A stretch of DNA of 5,211 nt from Octopus sinensis (Eukaryota), in NCBI RefSeq assembly GCF_006345805.1, contig NW_021830109.1, positions 1 through 5,211 of the forward strand. Direction: 5' to 3'. The notes beneath the pieces were generated by a model. It was given only the letters and a program-made list of their open reading frames with translations. It ran no database searches and had not been told where the DNA came from. Below, one piece after another: positions 1-5,211 of this stretch. Made by a program: the position numbers and the translations under genes. Position 1 is the stretch's first letter. Every line of letters starts with the position of its first letter.

Positions 1-281
1 AGCGACTTTAAGTAACAGCCTCCAGTTTTTGTTATGATAGTGTCCTCCGCAATCTTCTTCCATGGTGAGATCTTTATTTAAGTCCTTTTTCCTGATCCAA
101 AAGAGGTGAACAAGCCACCATGTAAATCTATAGATGGAATGTTAATTTGTTATAATTGAGTTGTAACATTGGAAAACAAAACTAGCAGATGTAGAAATCA
201 CCTGTTCGTTGATTCCGAATAATCAAATCTTGTAGTTTCTTTTTTGAAATCTTTGAAAAAAATTTCAAAATTCCAACTCAT
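1..281 (-). CDS. Putative spliced coding fragment of unknown product (exons 281-202 and 127-1, running off the window)
   Basis: On the minus strand, TTTATTACAG|ATC precedes an ATG at 281. The donor is AG|GTGATT at 201 and the acceptor CTATAG| at 128, giving a 74-nt AT-rich intron. The phase-2 junction joins to the only frame open to base 1: MSWNFEIFFKDFKKETTRFDYSESTN-R-FTWWLVHLFWIRKKDLNKDLTMEEDCGGHYHNKNWRLLLKVA. I did not recognise the family. Confidence 0.4.
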
Positions 282-1689
282 GATCTGTAATAAAACGCAT
301 GAACCGTTAATATGGTCTTTTAAGCAAAAGATACATCATCTCGAATATGGCCACGTATCCTGCGTAAAAGTAAGTTTAAAATAAAAAGTAAAACGTTTGA
401 TAAATGAAACCAAACAAAATTAACGAAACCAAAAGAGATAGTTAAATGGTTAAATGTGTTTAGTTAAATGGGAAAAGTAACCCATCACACCTTAAAAAGG
501 TTTGCTTTTTAATTTAAAATTTACAGCTTTACAGCTTTTTAATTTACAGCTTATTGTTGAGGCAATTGCTAAAATAACATAGAATATCTATTGACTGTTC
601 CTGTAAAAATGATTTGGGTTTTTGGTCATTGTGAGAATATCTATTCAAAATACTTTCTTAACTTACAAACCAATTTCGCCAAAAATGACTTTACTGCGAA
701 GCAATTGTCCACGATAAATCACAAAAAACAAAATACCCAAGAATTGATGCCTGGATTTATCAGAGACCCGTCCGATGTCACGCCATCTGAACTATATACT
801 CAATTAAATGTGTTATAACCAATAATTCACACGATAATAAAAATCGGTCAATACACACCACGGAACCGTATTATGTGCGTAGTAAGTGAACATTTTGTCA
901 TAAAGTGCACCAAAAGAGTTATAAGACTTATTCAAAGATTAATCAATTTTTATCTAACAAAGAACAGTGAAAAAATCCGTTAAAACCTTTATCACCGTTC
1001 GGAATGCCCTCGATCTCATATCTTTTTTTTAGAAGTCGTTTATTTAAAAAATTAAAAGTGAAAAAAACCGTTAAGAGGAACCGCTGAAAGTAATCTTAGA
1101 AATATGAAGAAAATTGCTTGACAAACACGCACCTACGAGAAACCATTGTTGCTATAAAGATTAGCACGACTCTTTGTTTGAATTTCATAAAATAGAGAAT
1201 AACTGGAAATAGTACCATTGGGAAGTTTACATAATAACGCAAGTAAACATGATTAACGGACGAGTCATAAATGACGTTAAAATCAGCCAGAATTTTTGTA
1301 AATAGCTATTTAATATGCAACACTGCGGTCAGTGATACACCACTGCGGAACCGGATGTCTACGAAACACAGATGGAGCGAGAAACTCGTTCGGATTCCCT
1401 CGTTCGGATTAGCTAGTTACTAAATAACATGTTCTCTCTCTGTGTTGCACATGCGGGGCTATAAACATTATGGCTTTCGTGAAAGTGCTATAATAATAAT
1501 ATGCAAATTTCAACACATTGAAGAGGCATTTGATTAGTTCTGGAAATACTAATTTAAGATTTCTAAACTTTGTCAAATCATTGGAAATGGCGATAGTCCA
1601 AACAATATTAACAATAAGACTATGAATCTGAAGAAAATTCTGCCATTCCCAAAATAAGATAAAAAGATTGAGAACTTTATCTATTTTAA

Positions 1690-2400
1690 TAATAAACTCA
1701 AAGCAAACAGGAATTTCCGGTTTATCCGGAAAATATACTGTCATCGAATATCAAATAATACCCAAACACATTTATCAAACCATTCAAGGTGATTCGAGTA
1801 CAGTCAAATGAAAAGTCTTGATACTTCATGCCGGAATCAGACTTAGACAACAATAAACTTGGTAATTCAGAAAAAACAGCGGCTACAAAGTCCCTAATAA
1901 AGATCAAATGGGAAAATTAGAAATTCTATCCTCAATAGTGTAATCGTTTAATTGGAGTAGTTGTTTGAATAAAATAAATCGAGCATATCAATTCAATTAA
2001 ATAAATCACTCAAGTTTTGTTGAATACATCCAAAATGTCGTTGGATGTCATCGAAGTTGCAAATGCAAAGGGAAGAGGACTGGGTTTGGTTATGATTTCG
2101 CAAATCTCCTGTCGAGTGTATTCTCCAAATAGATAGTTTGCACCAATGCCCATATCCGATGAGGAAAATTCACAATTTGATATCTACGTAAGCTATTCTT
2201 ACTGACGCCCAACAAATTTCCTAACAAATTCGAAGAGAATGATCACGGGAGACTTTTTGTTTAAAATGTAGTGTTACCGTAAATATCGAAAAAGTATCAA
2301 CGATGAACAACTTTGCCAAAGGTTGATACACATAGGATTAGAATCAGGAAAATTAATTCCCAAATAAAGTTGATTTCTAAAAATGTGGTTTCCGAAGAGT
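1690..2400 (-). pseudogene. Tentative degraded ionotropic glutamate receptor / variant IR-like sequence (M3, S2 lobe, M4)
   Basis: Manual translation with frameshifts gives three pieces. M3-like: INFIWELIFLIL/SYV..LAKLFIVDT (about 2375-2295; compare SYTANLAAFL). S2-like: NYLFGEYTRQEICEIITKPSPLPFAFATSMTSNDILDVFNKT (2138-2013), then a 116-nt GT-AG AT-rich segment (2009-1894), then DFVAAVFSELP. M4-like: ITLNGLINVFGYYLIF...CFEF (1793-1694; compare LSLSNVAGVFYIL...IEF). Motif order and spacing resemble the iGluR C..YGIA..N..G..LSL pattern. It has several stops and frameshifts. Confidence 0.35.
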
Positions 2401-2699
2401 CTTTCGCAAAATTTCTCAGATTACCGATACGCCATCGTTGGTTTTTCTGGTAACATGGATGTTTTGGATTTATTAGAACAAGAAATTTCTCGTTATTTTT
2501 CGTATTTTTTGAATTAATTTGTTTTCTAGACGGTCTTGGAATGTATACCCAATGTTTTTGAAGGATTTCATACAAAAAATCTTATCAAATTTTATACTTC
2601 CGCGACAATTATCGGTATATTTGAGTTTTTGTTATATTTTTAGACCGTTATTCTCTTATGTGTGCATAATGGAGGAATCTATCAATTTGCGATAGATTC

Positions 2700-2927
2700 C
2701 TTCTCAACTGTATGCTGAACGGGTCAGCAATTGCTGCAGTTGATCGGATGACTTATTTGGGCGTGCTCTTTAAGCCGTCCGGTAAGTTTGATGATCACAT
2801 TTCACGTACGAAAATGCGTGCAATGCAGCGATTAGGCGCGTTGCGTGCTTTCCGGCTGCGGAGAGGTGCTTGGCTACGTGTGTTTAACGCCATGGTGTTA
2901 CCCGTGTTGACAGGATTTCAGGGAATT
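2700..2927 (+). mobile_element. Non-LTR retrotransposon fragment, C-terminal RT / thumb region
   Basis: ORF 2712-2930 reads LNGSAIAAVDRMTYLGVLFKPSGKFDDHISRTKMRAMQRLGALR...VFNAMVLPVLT. This matches the LINE pattern lng..l..v...kYLGv......f..Hi.....ka...lg.l.r....ly.a.v.P.l. GC content rises abruptly at about 2700. Confidence 0.8.
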
Positions 2928-3393
2928 TGATTCCGCAGGATTCCATGTTAGTTTTTTTCGAGGTAATGGAAAACGTCCCAGCCGGATGACAGGAAAGTAG
3001 GTCTCTCGTTTGGCGCGTGAAATGTGTGATTTCCCTGTCGGAGACGTTGCTTTTCAGAACTGAAATCTTCCGCATAATATGATCAAAGTTCGAATAGACG
3101 ATAAAACCACGAAGAATACACTTATTAAAAGAAGGAAAGAAATCCAGAAACATAGAGACTGGAAAAAACTTCATTAACAAAGACCCCGAAAAGAAACTCA
3201 GTACAGGAGAAACAGGAAAGGAAGTCGGAGAAAGATCAAGAGGCTTAACCTCCTGTTGAAATCTCCGAATGCTTCGAAAATCCGGATAACTTTGCACAAG
3301 TCCGGGTTCTCTAGTCTAAAATTCCGGTGCGCCGAGGAAGCAGCTGCATTCAAGGCTCTCGAAAACCAAAATGTTTGGCGAAGGCGGTCATAA
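2923..3393 (+). mobile_element. Degenerate non-LTR retrotransposon ORF1 (L1 ORF1p / Transposase_22-like RRM + CTD)
   Basis: Frameshifted reconstruction: RR..LVFF(R)G.MEN...DDRKVVSRLAREM...MIKVRIDDKTTKNTLIKRRKEIQKHRDWKK/FINKD/..KE..YRR...SKIRITLHKSGFSSLKFRCAEEAAAF. This follows the RR.N...G..E / l.V.f....K..il / W..vfI..D / k.lri....F...eeA..F order of L1-type ORF1 proteins. It lies directly upstream of an APE domain on the same strand. Confidence 0.6.
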
Positions 3394-3486
3394 ACTTTCC
3401 TCAGTAACTGAGAAGGCCTCTACCTGCTCGGCTGTCCTCGCAAGAAGGCAAACACCCTTCGAGACAAAACCCTGCCGCAAAGAGAT

Positions 3487-4137
3487 GCCCATTTAGACCA
3501 GGACCTGTACAACAGAGATGCTCTTATGGAATTCTTTCGCTGTTGTGTGGGAGTCCTGACAAAACTCGGTTTGGAATCTGAGATGCTGCAACAGCTCCTA
3601 TTAGAGGGGAGCACGCCAGCAACATAGATTTTATAAAAATCATCGCTATGAATACCCGATTTATCAAAAGACAGCATCAAGACTTTGTTGAGATAGTAAA
3701 CACCTGTCATCCAGGTCGGAGGCGTATCTTCCAAAAGTCTATTCTCCTGCACCAGCTTGATCGACGATTTCTTCTCAAGCACAGCTCATTGCCTTCTCGT
3801 TAGAGACCTAAACTCGAAACACACAGCGTTTGGCTGCGGACTATTAACCGGATGGTCGTACAGTCAAGAAAGTTACTGACAAGCTCGATGTATTTGTCAG
3901 AAATTCTCAAGACCCGAACCACCACTCGCCCAGCGACCCAGACAACTATTTTTTGAGTATCTGCTTTTAAACTGTCGTCAACCTGATGAAGAGTCTACAG
4001 GTTTTGATGATATCGGAAACAACCACTTATTAATTGAGGTCAAAATTCACGCTGGTATTGAAAGGCATAACGTGAATTTACTCGATACTCTCTTTCGAAG
4101 ATAACTGGCCGCACTATAGGAGCTCCTAAAATGACAA
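3487..4137 (+). mobile_element. Degenerate non-LTR retrotransposon ORF2 N-terminus: apurinic-like (APE) endonuclease, truncated at 4137
   Basis: APE motifs appear in the correct order with indels and stops: HLDQDLYNR (3490), VLT[E]TRF (about 3553-3575, one base missing), IL*KSSL (3625), VIQVGGV(Y), LLV-R-DLNSKHTAFGC (3793-3837; GDxN with GGA>AGA), TIN.DGRTVKKVTDKLDVFVRNSQDPNH, DDIGNNHLLIEVKI (4006-4047; SDH motif decayed), and the post-EN motif NWPHYR (about 4102-4120). Confidence 0.85.
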
Positions 4138-4154
4138 TACAGACCGACCTTGAA

Positions 4155-4175
4155 TTGGAACACTAGGTGTTCCAA
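4155..4175. repeat. Perfect 9-bp palindrome in the pogo terminal region
   Basis: TTGGAACAC-TAG-GTGTTCCAA. Confidence 0.9.
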
Positions 4176-4242
4176 AAACTGAGGTTTTGTCAAAAAATTA
4201 ATATCAATATAAATTTAATAATTTAATTAATGCAAAAAAGGG

Positions 4243-4328
4243 ATCACATTAAACAAACGCCCCCAAATTTACACATATTAAACAAACGCCCCCAAATTTA
4301 CACATATTAAACAAACGCCCCTAAATTT
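4243..4328 (+). repeat. Tandem array of 3 x ~29-bp units (ACACATATTAAACAAACGCCCC[C/T]AAATTT)
   Basis: Units are at 4243-4270 (28 bp, overlapping the left TIR), 4271-4299 and 4300-4328. Confidence 0.95.
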
Positions 4329-4422
4329 ATACATGTCAAACATTCGACGAAAACATTAAAATAATGTAAAACTAAAAATCAAATTTATAAATAAATACTA
4401 TACTTTAGAAACAAGTATGTGA

Positions 4423-4483
4423 TAGGGTTCGGATTAGGTTAGCGTTAGCGTTAAGGGTTAGGGTTTGGTTAGGGTTAAGGGTT
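4423..4483 (+). repeat. Degenerate telomere-like (TTAGGG-type) tract
   Basis: TAGGGTTCGGATTAGGTTAGCGTTAGCGTTAAGGGTTAGGGTTTGGTTAGGGTTAAGGGTT is a mix of TTAGGG, TTAGG, TTAGCG and TTAAGGG units. Confidence 0.85.
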
Positions 4484-4490
4484 CAATATA

Positions 4491-4600
4491 ACACATATTA
4501 AACAAACGCCCCTAACTTCACACATATTAAACAAACGCCCCTAACTTCACACATATTAAATAAACGCCCCTAACTTTACACATATTAAACAAACGCCCCT
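4491..4600 (+). repeat. Tandem array of 3.8 x 29-bp units (ACACATATTAAA[C/T]AAACGCCCCTAACTT[C/T])
   Basis: Units are at 4491-4519, 4520-4548, 4549-4577 and a partial unit at 4578-4600. They share the orientation and core of the left array but have a different tail. Confidence 0.95.
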
Positions 4601-4632
4601 GGGGCGTTGTTTTTATGTGATCCCAAAAAGTC

Positions 4633-5211
4633 TTAAATATTATTATTTATTGAAAAATAGTCATCGATCCTTTTTCCATAACCATAATTTTTCTTCAAAC
4701 TACTGAACAAATTTTGTCTGAAACAGTAAAAATCATTTAACAAAATTGGAGCTATGTCTAGAACTGATTCTTCCAATTCATTCACACTTTTGTTACTACT
4801 TCTTTGACCGTAGTCTGTTTATTTTGCATACCACTGTAAAAAATTTCTTCATTATCGCTGCTTTCCGTATTTTCCAACACTTCGTCTACAACTTGTTCTA
4901 TTACATCATCCGTTTTCCAACACTTCGTTTTATTTTTTTGTACGAATGATTTTTTGGGGTCTTTTTTATAAAAAGACAAGTTTCATCAATCAAGTTAAGG
5001 ATATTATTTTTTTCCAAATTGATCAATTTTTTCATGGAAAACTTTTAAAATGATTGAGTTCCATCACGATTACATGAGTTTTTTTCGCGCCGCTAAGGAT
5101 TTGAATTTGAGTTCATGTCTTTTTTTAAAATTCATTAACCAACCATTCGATGCTTTAAAGCTTGTAATGTTCAATTTCCCCGCAATTTTCAAACCTTAAA
5201 ACAATGTGAGA
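4633..5211 (-). pseudogene. pogo/Tigger transposase remnant: CENP-B-type HTH, first catalytic Asp, acidic C-terminus with PIP-like end
   Basis: LKIAGKLNITSFKASNGWLMNFKKRHELKFKSL (5192-5094) matches the A..l....FkAS.GWL..FK.RH motif of HTH_Tnp_Tc5. NILNLIDETCLF/YKKDPKKSF (DET at 4987-4979) matches N.DETGLF..lP.k. It is followed by TDDVIEQVVDEVLENTESSDNEE and SVNELEESVLDIAPILL...GKRIDDYFSINNNI* (stop at 4635-4633). Several stops and frameshifts are present and most of the DDE core is absent. Confidence 0.85.
4870..4928. repeat. 16-bp exact direct repeat (TTTTCCAACACTTCGT x2) near the inferred transposase deletion junction
   Basis: Copies are at 4870-4885 and 4913-4928, 43 bp apart. Confidence 0.9.

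Larger units (their letters stand above)
4240..4624. mobile_element. 385-bp non-autonomous inverted-repeat element (MITE- or HINE-like), inserted in the pogo 3' end
   Basis: The 24-bp terminal inverted repeats are 4240-4263 GGGATCACATTAAACAAACGCCCC and 4601-4624 (reverse complement GGGATCACATAAAAACAACGCCCC), 21/24 identical with the outer 10 bp perfect. Flanks are A6 on the left and A5 on the right. There is no coding capacity, and it separates the pogo stop codon from the pogo terminus. Confidence 0.75.
4140..5211 (-). mobile_element. pogo/Tigger-family (Tc1/mariner superfamily) DNA transposon, internally deleted; other end lies beyond the window
   Basis: The terminus TA|CAGACCGACCTTGAATTGGAACAC has TA at 4138-4139 and a CAG start typical of pogo/Tigger TIRs. 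Transposase remnants lie on the minus strand from 5211 to 4633 (see next feature). Confidence 0.8.

Noticed and set aside
60-230. ABCC/MRP-like reading of ESTNRFTWWLVHLFWIRKKDL
   Set aside because: The resemblance to S..TF.W...L...G.K..L is only loose, the conserved Gly and DL spacing is absent, and it is insufficient to name the gene.
591-818. 75-aa plus-strand ORF
   Set aside because: It has a TTG start, low-complexity AT-driven composition, and no motif or splice support.
2035-2195. Plus-strand MSLDVIEVANAKGRGLG with a GTAAGC donor at 2188, resembling a SET-domain start
   Set aside because: No downstream SET motifs (NHSC, ELxxDY) are present, there is an in-frame TAG, and the opposite strand gives a longer ordered motif series.
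2534-2569. SWNVYPMFLKDF (+) resembling SWNFEIFFKDF of the 1-281 gene
   Set aside because: The match is short, needs a gap, has a different splice phase and does not extend, so it is likely chance.
1400-2700. Alternative (ciliate-type) genetic code or 27-29-nt tiny introns explaining the stops
   Set aside because: TAA, TAG and TGA all interrupt frames alongside frameshifts, Gln in the open frames is CAA/CAG, and the tiny-intron models did not yield a continuous ORF.
2884-3297. 137-aa minus-strand ORF from the track
   Set aside because: It is the antisense shadow of the A-rich LINE ORF1 remnant and has no recognisable motifs.
3420-3782. 120-aa minus-strand ORF from the track
   Set aside because: It is antisense to the APE endonuclease motifs, which are clear on the + strand.
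4423-4483. A true telomere or chromosome-fusion site
   Set aside because: It is only about 60 bp, degenerate, single-orientation and internal to a TIR-bounded element.
4243-4600. 29-bp repeats as a CRISPR array
   Set aside because: The units are head-to-tail with no unique spacers, there are no cas genes, the context is eukaryotic TE sequence, and the array is bounded by TIRs.
4746-4949. 67-aa plus-strand ORF
   Set aside because: It is antisense to the pogo transposase remnant and is F/I/L-rich, as expected from AT-rich DNA.

Overview
This is AT-rich eukaryotic DNA with no intact long ORF; the organism cannot be identified from the sequence. The right half (about 2700-5211) is a stack of decayed, partly nested transposons that the ORF track misses. 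In order: (i) a short C-terminal reverse-transcriptase fragment of a non-LTR retrotransposon (+); (ii) an L1-ORF1-like remnant followed by a frameshifted APE endonuclease of ORF2 (+), cut off at a TA; (iii) an internally deleted pogo/Tigger DNA transposon (-) starting at that TA and running off the window; (iv) a 385-bp inverted-repeat element with seven 29-bp direct repeats and a telomere-like tract, inserted 8 bp after the pogo stop codon. The left half holds a probable two-exon fragment of an unidentified gene (-, 1-281) and a tentative degraded ionotropic-glutamate-receptor-like sequence (-, about 1690-2400). All protein calls come from manual translation and motif recognition, not database searches. 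I see no evidence for a new enzymatic system; the most unusual object is the 385-bp repeat element.
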